Origin: Octopus sinensis
Taxonomy: Eukaryota
Direction of reading: 5' to 3'
Length of the DNA stretch: 64,000 nt
Assembly: GCF_006345805.1 (NCBI RefSeq)
Contig: NC_043005.1
Span: forward strand, 65,596,001-65,660,000
Part shown: piece after piece, positions 1-12,379 of the stretch
Numbering within the stretch: the stretch's first letter is position 1
How the letters are laid out: the number at the start of each line of letters is the position of its first letter
Made by a program: the position numbers and the translations under genes
The notes under the pieces: model-generated
Databases searched by the model: none
What the model saw: only the letters and a program-made list of their open reading frames with translations
Told to the model about the DNA's origin: nothing

Positions 1-205
1 CGCTTGCAAAATTTTGTTTTATTTCTTTGCGTTGTTAACGCTATGAAACTCTATCATCTTGCCTTCATAGTTGTTAGGCACGCATACATACACAACACAC
101 CCACACACGTATCTGTCCATCTATCCATCCATCCAACCATCCATCCATCAATCCATCTATCCATCTATCTCTCTATCTCTCTATCTACCTATCCATCCAT
201 CCATC

Positions 206-206
<1 letters not shown>

Positions 207-258
<52 letters not shown>
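207..258. repeat. (ATAG)n microsatellite; further tracts at 1208-1272, 2193-2257, 3546-3672 (with a (CTAG)n block) and 4769-5062 (with AG and ACAG variants)
   Basis: Directly visible tetranucleotide arrays separating the LINE copies. Confidence 0.97.
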
Positions 259-259
<1 letters not shown>

Positions 260-330
260 TGTTTCTTTATTAGCCACACAGGGCTGCACACAGATAGAAC
301 AAATTACAAGGTAGAGCTTTTCTTTTGAAG

Positions 331-363
<33 letters not shown>

Positions 364-1207
364 GAAAGGGGAGTTTCGATCAAAAGGGATCGTAAAAGGA
401 GAGAAAGAGGACAAAAAAAAAGGGGGGGGGGGTAAAAAAAAAAGGGGGGGGGGAGAGGAAAAAAAATTGATCAATAGGGATCGTTATCACAGAAATGTCA
501 ATATGAAGTGTAAAGGGGAGGACAGGTGAGGTTTACCCGTGGAAAGAAAAGCCTACGGAAAAGACCACGGTAACCTCGGTCAATGAAGTCACATTTTATA
601 TTTCTTTTTTTTTTTTTTTTTTTTGCAAATAAGCAACTCTCTGTTTTCGATTCTGGGTTCATAGGACTATGCTCAAGGTGGCTTCGTCATTCATACGTGC
701 CATTCTTGCTACATCACCCATCTTTTTTTAAAACATTCGCTAGACAAAACTTGCCTCTCTACTCTCACTTTCCATTTCAAGTGATATTTGAAAAAGTTGA
801 TGAGAGATTGACCAGAGAGGAAAGTGTTTGTCTCCAATCCTTTCAGACGCGTCCACCAGATGCATTTCTTTCGCCATAGCCACAAGGATTATGAAAATAG
901 CTCTTCCTTCCCGTTTGAAGGAAGGAGGCGTGACAATATTGACGATAGACTCAGCTGATAAACCGACTCGTCCCACACGTGACAGCAGTTGTTCGACATA
1001 AGCCCACAGGTCGGAAATTGTTGGACACGCATCACGGGCAGGTCGGCCCCGTGTTTCTCGAGCCGTGTCTGTAGAGCTTATCCCGAACGGGTAGCGCTTC
1101 TCGGTAGCACTGCCAGGCCAGGGATCTCTGGAAGTTGTCCATGGGCCCTGGCCCGAAAGTCGTCCCGAACAGGCGGGTCAGGTACTCCTCGTCGACGTCC
1201 AGGTTCG
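259..1207 (-). mobile_element. Tx1/L1-clade LINE 3' fragment, copy 1 (5'-truncated, 3' UTR variant A, ~38-bp internal deletion)
   Basis: Minus strand encodes ORF2 C-terminal sequence (GRVGLSAESIVNIVTPPSFKREGRAIFIILVAMAKE). It ends in ...GGCTAATAAAGAAACAT followed directly by (ATCT)n. Both ends abut (ATAG)n. Homologous to copies 2-4. Confidence 0.85.
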
Positions 1208-1272
<65 letters not shown>

Positions 1273-1273
<1 letters not shown>

Positions 1274-2192
1274 TGTTTCTTTATTAGCCACACAGGGCTG
1301 CACACAGACGGGACAAATTACAAGGTAGAGCTTTTCTTTTTGGAGATAAAAAAGGTGGGTTGGTTTTCGATCAAAAGGGATCGTAAATGGAAGGAAAGAG
1401 AAAAGCAAAAAAAAAGGGGAAAAAAATCGATGAATAGGGATCGTTATCACAGAAATGTCAATGTAAAGTGTAAAGGGGAAGACAGGTAAGGTTTGCCCGT
1501 GGGAAGAAAATCCTACGGAAAAGACCACGGTAATCTCGGTCAATGAAGTCACATGTTATATTTTTTTTTACAAATAAGCAACTCTCTGTATTAATTTTTA
1601 CGGTTCATAGGATCATAGTCAAGGTGGCTTCGTCATTCATACGTGCCCTCCTTACTACATTCACCCATCTTTTTTTTAAAACATTCACTAGACAAAACTT
1701 GCCTCTCTACTATCACTTTCCTTTTCAAGTGATACTTGAAGAAGTTGATGAGAGATTGACCAGAGAGGAAAGTGTTTGCCTCCAATCCTTTCAGACGCGT
1801 CCACCAGATACATTCTTTCGCCATAGCCACAAGTATGATAAAAATAGCTCTTCCTTCCCGTTTGAAGGAAGGCGGCGTGACGATATTAACGATAGACTCG
1901 GCTGATAAACCGACACGTCCCACACGTAACAGCAGTCGTTCGACATAAGCCCACAGGTCGGAGATTGTTGGACACTGCACGATTGCGTGCAGAACGGTTT
2001 CGTCGCTCTGACCGCATCTCGGGCAGGTCGGCCCCGTGTTTCTCGAGCCGTGTCTGTAGAGCTTATCCCGAACGGGTAGCGCTTCTCGGTAGCACTGCCA
2101 GGCCAGGGATCTCTGGAAGTTGTCCATGGGCCCTGGCCCGAAAGTCGTCTCAAACAGGCGGGTCAGGTACTCCTCGTCGACGTCCAGGTTCG
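1273..2192 (-). mobile_element. Tx1/L1-clade LINE 3' fragment, copy 2 (3' UTR variant B; same 5' breakpoint as copy 1)
   Basis: ORF 1633-2127 contains the zinc-binding motif CPRCGQSDETVLHAIVQCP (zf-RVT-like). AATAAA plus (ATCT)n tail. Offset by 985 bp from copy 3. Confidence 0.85.
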
Positions 2193-2257
<65 letters not shown>

Positions 2258-2258
<1 letters not shown>

Positions 2259-3545
2259 TGTTTCTTTATTAGCCACACAGGGCTGCACACAGACGGGACA
2301 AATTACAAGGTAGAGCTTTTCTTTTTGGAGATAAAAAAGGTGGGTTGGTTTTCGATCAAAAGGGATCGTAAATGGAAGGAAAGAGAAAAGCAAAAAAAAA
2401 AAGGGGAAAAAAATCGATGAATAGGGATCGTTATCACAGAAATGTCAATGTAAAGTGTAAAGGGGAAGACAGGTAAGGTTGCCCGTGGGAAGAAAATCCT
2501 ACGAAAAGACCACGGTAATCTCGGTCAATGAAGTCACATGTTATATTTTTTTTTACAAATAAGCAACTCTCTGTATTAATTTTTACGGTTCATAGGATCA
2601 TAGTCAAGGTGGCTTCGTCATTCATACGTGCCCTCCTTACTACATTCACCCATCTTTTTTTTAAAACATTCACTAGACAAAACTTGCCTCTCTACTATCA
2701 CTTTCCTTTTCAAGTGATACTTGAAGAAGTTGATGAGAGATTGACCAGAGAGGAAAGTGTTTGCCTCCAATCCTTTCAGACGCGTCCACCAGATACATTC
2801 TTTCGCCATAGCCACAAGTATGATAAAAATAGCTCTTCCTTCCCGTTTGAAGGAAGGCGGCGTGACGATATTAACGATAGACTCGGCTGATAAACCGACA
2901 CGTCCCACACGTAACAGCAGTCGTTCGACATAAGCCCACAGGTCGGAAATTGTTGGACGCTGCACGATTGCGTGCAGAACGGTTTCGTCGCTCTGACCGC
3001 ATCTCGGGCAGGTCGGCCCCGTGTTTCTCGAGCCATGCCTATAGAGCTTATCCCGAACGGGTATCGCTTCTCGGTAGCACTGCCAGGCCAGGGATCTCTG
3101 GAAGTTGTCCATAGGTCTCGGCCCGAAAGTCGTCTCAAACAGGCGGGTCAGGTATTCCTCGTCGACGCCCAGGTTCGCCCCAAGATCGTCGTCGTACCTC
3201 CCCTCCACTAATCCCCTATAGAATGCTTTGGTTGTGTTGAAATCACTTAAGGTCGACCCGGGACGGCATAGTTGCTTGAGAGCAACGCGACACTCGCGGT
3301 GCCATTCGCCCTTCCTCGGCCTCTTTTTGATCCACGACTGCAGTTCTGTCATGGAGACGAGCTGCTGGAAAGCGTGCCTCACAAACGGCAACCACACCTG
3401 TTCACCGTCGTCTACATAGAGCTGGAGATGTCGCAGTCCCAGCGCATGTCTGAGCATCATCAACCACAGCATGCCCAACCCTCCTTTTAACGGGTATTGA
3501 CAGCAAATGGATCGCCTGACCATCGGGACGCATCCTTTCCACAAA
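2258..3545 (-). mobile_element. Tx1/L1-clade LINE 3' fragment, copy 3 (longest, variant B)
   Basis: 308-aa open frame with post-RT region (GGLGMLWL...) and zf-RVT-like motif. Same 3' end as the other copies; flanked by (ATAG)n. Confidence 0.85.
2618..3544 (-). CDS. C-terminal fragment of LINE ORF2 (post-RT region plus zf-RVT-like zinc finger); not a host gene
   Basis: Supplied ORF (308 aa) includes PLKGGLGM, FQRSLAWQCYREAIPVRDKL and CPRCGQSDETVLH, typical of L1/Tx1 ORF2 C-termini. Confidence 0.75.
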   Translation of the reverse strand: MWKGCVPMVRRSICCQYPLKGGLGMLWLMMLRHALGLRHLQLYVDDGEQVWLPFVRHAFQQLVSMTELQSWIKKRPRKGEWHRECRVALKQLCRPGSTLSDFNTTKAFYRGLVEGRYDDDLGANLGVDEEYLTRLFETTFGPRPMDNFQRSLAWQCYREAIPVRDKLYRHGSRNTGPTCPRCGQSDETVLHAIVQRPTISDLWAYVERLLLRVGRVGLSAESIVNIVTPPSFKREGRAIFIILVAMAKECIWWTRLKGLEANTFLSGQSLINFFKYHLKRKVIVERQVLSSECFKKKMGECSKEGTYE

Positions 3546-3575
3546 GATAGATAGATAGCTAGCTAGCTAGCTAGC

Positions 3576-3614
<39 letters not shown>

Positions 3615-3615
3615 G

Positions 3616-3672
<57 letters not shown>

Positions 3673-3673
<1 letters not shown>

Positions 3674-4767
3674 TGTTTCTTTATTAGCCACACAGGGCTG
3701 CACACAGATAGAACAAATTACAAGGTAGAGCTTTTCTTTTGAAGGTTTAAAAAAAAAAAAAAAAGGAAGGGGGAGTTTCGATCAAAAGGGATCGTAAAAG
3801 GAGAGAAAAAGGACAAAAAAAAGGGGGAGAGAAAAAAAAAAAAAAAGGCCGAAGAAGGGCGAATGGCACCGCGAGTGTCGCGTTGCTCTCAAGCAACTCT
3901 GCCGTCCTGGGTCGACCTTGAGTGACTTCAACACAACCAAAGCATTCTATAGGGGTTTAGTGGAGGGGAGGTACGACGACGAGCTCGGGGCGAACCTGGA
4001 CGTCGACGAGGAGTACCTGACCCGCCTGTTCAGGACGACTTTCGGGCCAGGGCCCATGGACAACTTCCAGAGATCCCTGGCCTGGCAGTGCTACCGAGAA
4101 GCGCTACCCGTTCGGGATAAGCTCTATAGACACGGCTCGAGAAACACGGGGCCGACATGCCCGAGATGCGGTCAGAGCGACGAAACCGTTCTGCACGCAC
4201 TCGTGCAGTGTCCAACAATTTCCGACCTGTGGGCTTGTGTCGAACAACTGCTGTCACGTGTGGGACGAGTCGGTTTATCAGCTGAGTCTATCGTTAATAT
4301 TGTCACGCCTCCCTCCTTCAAACGGGAAGGAAGAGCTATTTTCATCATCCTTGTGGCTATGGCGAAAGAATGTATCTGGTGGACGCGTCTGAAAGGATTG
4401 GAGACAAACACTTTCCTCTCTGGTCAATCTCTCATCAACTTCTTCAAGTACCACTTGAAAAGGAAAGTGAGAGTAGAGAGGCAAGTTTTGTCTAGCGAAT
4501 GTTTTAAAAAAAAAGATGGGTGAATGTAGCAAGAATGACCCGTATGAATGACGAAGCCACCTTGAGCATGATCCTATGAACCCAGAAATTGAAAACAGAG
4601 AGTTGCTTATTTGCAAAAAAAAAAAAAGAAAGAAATATAACATGTGACTCCATTGACCGAGGTTACCGTGGTCTTTTCTGTAGGCTTTTCTTTCCACGGG
4701 TAAACCTCACCTGTCCTCCCCTTTACACTTCATATTGACATTTCTGTGATAACGATCCCTATTGATC

Positions 4768-4768
<1 letters not shown>
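3673..4768. mobile_element. Tx1/L1-clade LINE copy 4 with 5' inversion: 3673-3846 on minus (3' UTR end), 3847-4768 on plus (ORF2 end and proximal UTR)
   Basis: The plus-strand piece (ORF 3918-4523, 201 aa) stops at ...CCCTATTGATCA, which is where the minus-strand piece resumes in the intact copy 1 UTR. Confidence 0.85.
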
Positions 4769-4811
<43 letters not shown>

Positions 4812-4812
4812 T

Positions 4813-4878
<66 letters not shown>

Positions 4879-4904
4879 TAGACAGACAGACAGACAGACA
4901 GACT

Positions 4905-5054
<150 letters not shown>

Positions 5055-6163
5055 CAGATAGATATAACATATGAGATCTTATGTTTTATGAATAAAATGT
5101 TATTGTTGCAGGTGTTGCAGGGTGGGGCGCCTAGTAGCATAAACTTCAAACCTGGTTGTACTAGAGATGAGTGTCTCAACTAGAACTGGCCAAGTTAAGT
5201 GTCTTCGGGTTATAAAGAGAAGACTGAACCCGTTGAAGCTGTGGAATACGTTTCCCTTTGGTAACTTTGGCCATATGCTCTTGGTGGGGGTGCACAGATG
5301 GAGCGCTGGGAAAATCAGACAAGTAAAGAGTTCATTATACTTTTGTCACAAGCTTCTTGAACAAAAAAGGGGTTTCTGGTGAGGTACGTGTCATCCTTGA
5401 CCAAGAGAAAGAAAGGTTCTCAGCAGTCCAACGTTGTCAGAATGACGGAGTTCGTCCTGCAGGTGCATGATATTCCAAACGGTAACCCGAGTGACACGAT
5501 GAGGGTAATCACCAAGTAGCTGAAGTGGGTCGAGACTTCTTATCAGACTGATGGTGCAGCAGAACATCGGCTACAGCTTCTAGGTGATGAAGAGAGGATT
5601 ATTTATGTCCGCCAAGACTCAGAAGAACTGTGTGGCTCACAGCTTCAAATAACCATATAGCTCTCTTGAACCCCAAAGACAGCTGCTACTGTAACATCAT
5701 AGAGAGTGGGCAGAGAACCTGGTCGCGGCTCTACTGTAACTAGAATCCTCTGAAATCTTCGTCGTAAGCGTGATGGGTAACATCGACAGAAAAATGACAG
5801 CCCCGATATAACCTGGGAGTATGTTGTGCTTACGTTTTTGATGGTTTTGTTTTTCCTATGTTGCTTTTAATTACTTGGTGTACCTTAAGCTCTCCCTACA
5901 CACACACATACTCACTCACACACACACACACACACCACACACACACACACACACCACACACAACACAAAATCTTTCCACGTTGATTCAAACAGATTTTCA
6001 ACGCGTTGTTTCTAGTACATTGTCCAATTTTATATGCCATACTAGTTTTCATTTATCCTTTAGAAATACTCTCTGTTTGGATATTTTCTCCAATTGTTTA
6101 TAATTCTTACATCAAATTGTTCAACTTCATAACGTCATTCATCAATTCTTTTTACTATAGCAT

Positions 6164-6566
6164 AGGCGCAGGAGTGGCTGTGTGGTAAGTAGCTTGCTTA
6201 CTAACCACATGGTTCCGGGTTCAGTCCCACTGCGTGGAACCTTGGGCAAGTGTCTTCTACTATATGCCTCGGGCCGACAAAAGCCTTGTGAGTGGATTTC
6301 GTAGACGGAAACTTAAATAAGCCCGTCGTATATATGTATATATATATGTATATGTCAGTGTTTGTGCGTCTGTGTTTGTCTCCTCAACATTGCTTGGCTT
6401 GACAACCGATGCTGGTGCGTTTATGTCCGCGTAACTAGCGGTTCGGCAAAAGAGACCGATAGAATAAGTACTAGGCTTACAAAGAATAAGTCCTGGGGGT
6501 CGATTTGCTCGACTAAAGGCGGTGCTCCAGTATGGCCGCAGTCAAATGACTGAAACAAGTAAAAGA
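6164..6566 (+). mobile_element. tRNA-derived SINE family A, full length
   Basis: A-box-like TGGCTGTGTGG, B-box-like GGTTCAGTCCC, CORE-like ACCTTGGGCAAG, internal (TA/TG)n, and 3' end GGCGGTGCTCCAG...GACTGAAACAAGTAAAAGA. Multiple copies in the window. Confidence 0.9.
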
Positions 6567-6644
6567 TGTAACCATCGACAACGTTGAACTAAATAGGTGT
6601 GGGGTGGAATGAATGAGTGTTTAATTATGTATACCCTTGCACAC

Positions 6645-7230
6645 GTATGTATGTATGTATGTATGTATGTATGTATGTATGTATGTATGTATGTATGTAT
6701 GTATGATGGATGGATGGATGGATGGATGGATGGATGGATGGATGGATGGATGGATGTTTGTATGTATGTATGTACGTATGTATGTATGGATGTATGTATG
6801 TATGGATGGAGGATGGATGGATGGATGGATGGATGGATGGATGTTTGTATGTATGTATGGATGGATGGATGAATGTTTGTATGTATGTATGTATGTATGT
6901 ATGGATGGATGGATGGATGGATGGATGTATTTATGTATGTATGCATGTATGTATGTATGTATGTTTGTATGTATGTATGGATGGATGGATGGATGTTTGT
7001 ATGTATGTATGTATGGATGGATGTATGTATGTATGTACGTACGTACGTACGTACGTATGTATGTATGTATGTATGTATGTATGTATGTATGTATGTATGT
7101 ATGTTTGTTTGTATGTATGTATGGATGGATGAATGGATGTTTGTATGTATGTATGTATGTATGTATGTATGTATGTATCTATGTATGTATGTATGAATGT
7201 ATGTATGTATGTATGTACGTACGTATGTAT
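6645..7230. repeat. Compound (ATGT)n/(ATGG)n microsatellite
   Basis: Alternating blocks punctuated by recurrent ATGTTTGT variants. Confidence 0.95.
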
Positions 7231-7482
7231 GAACGTGTATTTATACACGGAAAATTTATTCTGATGCATCGCATACAAAAAACTAACGCCATAAACGACA
7301 ATATGATCGTAGACAACAAAGATAATGAAATAAAGAAGGCTTTAAACACACAGTCGTTGCAGATGCTCTGGTACTTCTATAGAAAGATTTATATGTAGAG
7401 AAAAATAAGCGTTGATTTCTTGATTTGCTTTCTCAGTTTCCACACTTATAATATGTATATTTTCATAGCAGCAGTCATTTAG

Positions 7483-7519
<37 letters not shown>

Positions 7520-8332
7520 GTAGTATGTATGTATGTATGTATGTTGTATGTATGTATGTATGTATGTATGTATGTATGTATGTATGTATGTATCGATATA
7601 TATATTAGCTATCCTATCCTATCACCAATAGGGTCGGCATTATTAACAACTCCCATATTCCTAACTTAGTCATCTGTTGTGAAGCTGCGACTGCTATAAT
7701 CAGTGTTGTCTCCTCCTACTGACGTTGACAAAGTTGCTGCTGCTACTGTTTCTTTTGGCTACAAACTTCTTCAACAATTATTGGAGCATTGTTTGTCTAG
7801 AGAGAGACACATCAGCCAATAAATAGCAACATTAACCAGAAGATATTTCCCAAAAGTTATTTCAGCCAAGAATAGTCCACTGCTTAAATGACCAGTAAGT
7901 TTAAAGATTTTCCTACTAATGCTCTCCTTAATATATATCATCTGCTTTCTTTGTAACTTTTTCACAAATTTTGTTGTACAATTGCTGAGTTTCTGTATAT
8001 CTTTCTGACATACATACATGCAGGTGTATATAATTGTATAAGATTCTACACCATTCTTCATTGAGCTGAGGAAACTAAATATCATAGATATATAGATAAA
8101 CAGGTACACGCACACAAACAAGCACACATGCATTCACACACACTCACAAACACAGACACACACACACACACACACACACACATACGTCGCACAAGTAACA
8201 TGTACATACACAGACACGAACGCAGGTGTATGTGGGGTGAGTGAAAAATTACTCTGTGATTCCCCAGAAAAACTACACATTTGTAAAATATGAACCAAGG
8301 CAATATAGATTTATTGAGATATGTCCACACCA

Positions 8333-8373
<41 letters not shown>

Positions 8374-8747
8374 AACACACACGTATACACAAATACATAT
8401 ACACATACACTCACGTTCATACATACACACACACACATATTCACACATGCGTGCACGCACACGAGTGTGCGTATATATTTCAATGTGTGTGAGTGCGCGT
8501 ATATATTTCAATGTGTGTAAGTGCGCAATGGCATGTGTTTTCTGTGTGTATGTATAGGCACGCATGCCTCTCTCTGAATGCGTGTAAGGTCTTGAAGTAG
8601 GCACCGCATGACACATCACATTCTTACATACATGCAGGAGTCTTATACTTTTTTTAATAGATTTGGATATATATCTATATTTACATGCATACGTATACAC
8701 ACGCACATACAAACACACACGTGCACACACGAACATATTTGTATCAT

Positions 8748-8838
<91 letters not shown>

Positions 8839-9571
8839 TGTATTTTGTTGTTGTACTGTACGTTCGTTTTCCGTCCTCGTGTTGTATACATTCGAAGCTT
8901 TCTTCCATGGGATCTAATGCGCTTGGCTTAGATTTCCCATGGCGGGCTGCCCATATCGGAGCAATCTCAAGATTAATCAGCCGAAATTGCTTAGATGATC
9001 TGGTTCTTGACTGATGACTGAGGGCTTCGAATGTCCCGTCCTGTGGTTCTTGTGTCGTCTCTGTGGTGTTTCATGTTCTTGTCCATGTCTTTAATAATTT
9101 TTACTGTTTACCTATATATATATATACATACACACACACACACATACTCACATATATTTATATGTCTGTAAATATAATTATATATATACACACACACAAA
9201 CATGTGCGTGTACGCGTATTTGTGCAAATGTATATGCATGCACATGTTTAAGTATATATATATATATATGTGTGTGTATGTGTGTGTGTGTATGTATATA
9301 TATATATCTTATTATATTATATATATATATGTAATATATATGTATATATATATATATATGTGTATGTATATATATATATAATATATCTTATATATATATA
9401 TATGTATGTATGTATATATATATCTTATATATTATATATATATATATATTATATTATATTATACATATACATATATATATATATATCTTATATTATATTA
9501 TATATATATATATTATAGTTGGAATATATATACACACTCACATTATATATATAATATATATATATATATAC

Positions 9572-9941
9572 TCTATATAAACGGCATTTTGTCTGTGCGT
9601 GTTTCTGTGTGTCTGTTTGCTTGTACCCTCACCCTGGCCACGGCTTTCAACCGATTCTGATGAAACTTGACACACACATAGCCCAATGTCATAATTCAAA
9701 CTAACGTAACGAAAATTTTGAAAAGTTCCCCCAGTTCTGAAAAAAATCGATAATTCGACATGGGGTCGAGAATCAGAACACAAACCGCAAACTGTCTAGG
9801 GGATGAAACTCCACCTTTTTTCACTCTCAAAAAAATTTACCATATTTTTTCCATTTTTTTGCTATTTTCTGGCTATACTCTCTAAAAATGCTTTTAAGTT
9901 ATTTCCTTACAAACCTGAGCAACGCCGGGCGATACTGCTAG
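9572..9941 (+). mobile_element. Non-autonomous Helitron-type element
   Basis: 5' TCTATATAAA plus TG-rich tract. 3' subterminal GC-rich motif GCAACGCCGGGC followed by CTAG. Inserted in (TA)n without a TSD. Confidence 0.65.
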
Positions 9942-9983
9942 TATATATATATATATATATATAAGACACAGATATAGATACAC

Positions 9984-10084
<101 letters not shown>

Positions 10085-10170
10085 TGCACATCCACTTACA
10101 TACTTAAAACTTATATGCTTATATGTGTATACACATATGAAATAAGTAAGTATACATAAATATATATATA

Positions 10171-11283
10171 GAAAGACAGGAGTCAGGCAGTAGTGGTTAA
10201 TAGAGCCACCTCTATGAACACACAAATAGTGAGCGGCGTTCCACAGGGCACTGTCTTGGGACCACTGCTTTTTATAGTGGCCCTCTCAGATATGCCCTCA
10301 AATGCCCGGATAGCCACTCTGGCAAGCTATGAAGATGATACGAAAGTCTCGCAGAAAATACAGAACCCCAGCGATGTTGCACACCTGCAGTAGGAGTTCG
10401 ACTCAATCTACAGATGGGCTGAGGATAATAATATGCAGTTTAATGCTGAAAAATTCCAGGCCCTGCGCTACCAGCATCCAAAACTGAATATTAAACTTAC
10501 AGGGTACACCGGTCCTCAGGGAATTTCAATCCCAGAGCCTAAGTCTGTGAGGGACCTGGGTATCGACATGAGTGATGATACCTCTTTCCAAGTGCAGACC
10601 ACTGGCTGGGTGGATCCTAAGAACATTCATAACCAGAGATAAGGAAACCATGATGGTCCTCTGGCGGACATTCGTCCTCAGCCGCCTGGATTACTGCTCA
10701 CAGCTATGGTCACCCACCAGTGTGAAATTAACAGCGGACCTTGAAGCAATACAGAGAAGATTTACAAAGAAGATCGTCTCTCTGCAACAGCTCAGCTACT
10801 GGGAAATGTTGAAACAGCTAAGACTCTACTCCCTGGAGAGAAGACGGGAGAGGTATGCAGTAATATATATCTGAAAAATCCAGGAAGGAATTGTGCCAAC
10901 TTTTAGCATTGAAAGCTACACCAATGCTAGAACGGGACGACACTGCATAGTGCCAAAGATCCCAGCAATGCCATCACGCTTCAGGACCGGCTACTGCAAC
11001 AGCCTGGGTTTCAAGGGCCCACAGCTTTTTTAATATTCTCCCAAAGAATCTGAGGAACTTGCACAAAGTAGATGTAGAGGTTTTTAAATCACAGCCGGAC
11101 TTCTTCCTGTCGAGAGTCCCAGATGAACCTACCTCACGGCAAGAGGTGCAAATGAGGGTAGCTATATCAAACTCCATTCTTCACCAAGTGCTACATATTA
11201 GAGAAGGCTCTTAGTAATAACAGTGTAGCACAAAACGGCGGTGCATCAGCATGGTCGCAGCTCTGAGCTGAAACTAAAAAAAA
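10171..11283 (+). mobile_element. CR1/L2-type LINE, 5'-truncated, RT and C-terminal region, pseudogenised
   Basis: Translations SGVPQGTVLGPLLF, YEDDTK (YADD-like), SVRDLG, SRLDYCSQLWSP, LEAIQRRFTK, LRLYSLERRR, with stops and frameshifts. Confidence 0.9.
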
Positions 11284-11286
11284 TAC

Positions 11287-11330
<44 letters not shown>

Positions 11331-11344
11331 GCATACATGCACAC

Positions 11345-11376
<32 letters not shown>

Positions 11377-11482
11377 TATATGTGTGTGGTGTGTGGTGTG
11401 TGGTGTGTGTGTGTGTGTGTATAAATATATATGTATATATATATATACATATACATACATCATACTCATACCTCGTACATCC

Positions 11483-11540
<58 letters not shown>

Positions 11541-11586
11541 CAATTAGATTCAAGTCAATTCCAATGAATTTACTTGCTTCTTTCTC

Positions 11587-11689
<103 letters not shown>

Positions 11690-11779
11690 ATACAGAGAGA
11701 GAGAGAGAGAATGTATGTATGTATGTATGTATGTATGTATGTATGTATGTACGCACGTATGTATAACACATTTTAGCTT

Positions 11780-11890
11780 TTAATTGTTTCAGTCATCAGA
11801 CTGTCGTCATTCTGGGGCACCGCTTTAAGGAAATTTTAGTCGAATGAATTGATCACAGAATATTTTTTTTAAGCTTGGTACTTCTGTCAG
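11780..11890 (-). mobile_element. Degenerate 3' fragment of SINE family A
   Basis: TGTTTCAGTCAT...GCACCGCTTTAAG...TTAGTCGA resembles the reverse complement of the family A tail. Confidence 0.55.
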
Positions 11891-11977
11891 TTTTTATTTA
11901 CCGAATGCATGCATTTGTGCAAGTATATTTATACATATATATATATATATAACACACACAGAAATAGACAAATATAG

Positions 11978-12014
<37 letters not shown>

Positions 12015-12256
12015 TCCACACACACACACACACATGCATACATACGTACAGAAACCAAAGCTTCATGAGAAGAAGCATGTCACTGACAAGATCAGTGATT
12101 AATTGTTTAACCAAAACTTTAAACAAGCTATCGATTAGTTAGTTGGTTAGATAACCAAATCGACTAACAAGTAAGAAGTGATTTTGAACCAGTGCTTTTG
12201 TTATTTTTTATTGGCGTAATGACCTTCCCAAGACGCAACAAGCTACACACACGCAC

Positions 12257-12345
<89 letters not shown>

Positions 12346-12379
12346 CAGATAGATAGACGAATTTTTATTATTATTATAA

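Noticed and set aside
6164-6245. tRNA-like sequences (also at 12846, 27865, 45368 and others)
   Set aside because: They are SINE heads with A/B boxes continuing into SINE bodies; no complete cloverleaf was recognised.
6542-7398. Long ORFs such as MYVCMYVC..., IYIYIY..., YLSIYLSI..., poly-I/Y/N/E throughout the window
   Set aside because: Translations of stop-free microsatellites; no coding signal.
7660-8010. Possible host terminal exon on the minus strand (acceptor-like CTCTCTAG and short frames)
   Set aside because: Frames are short and stop-interrupted, with no recognisable domain or partner exons; needs RNA evidence.
9017-9050. CTGATGA motif about 65 nt before a (TA)n tract
   Set aside because: No GAAA box and no stem I or II pairing found, so it was not counted as a hammerhead.
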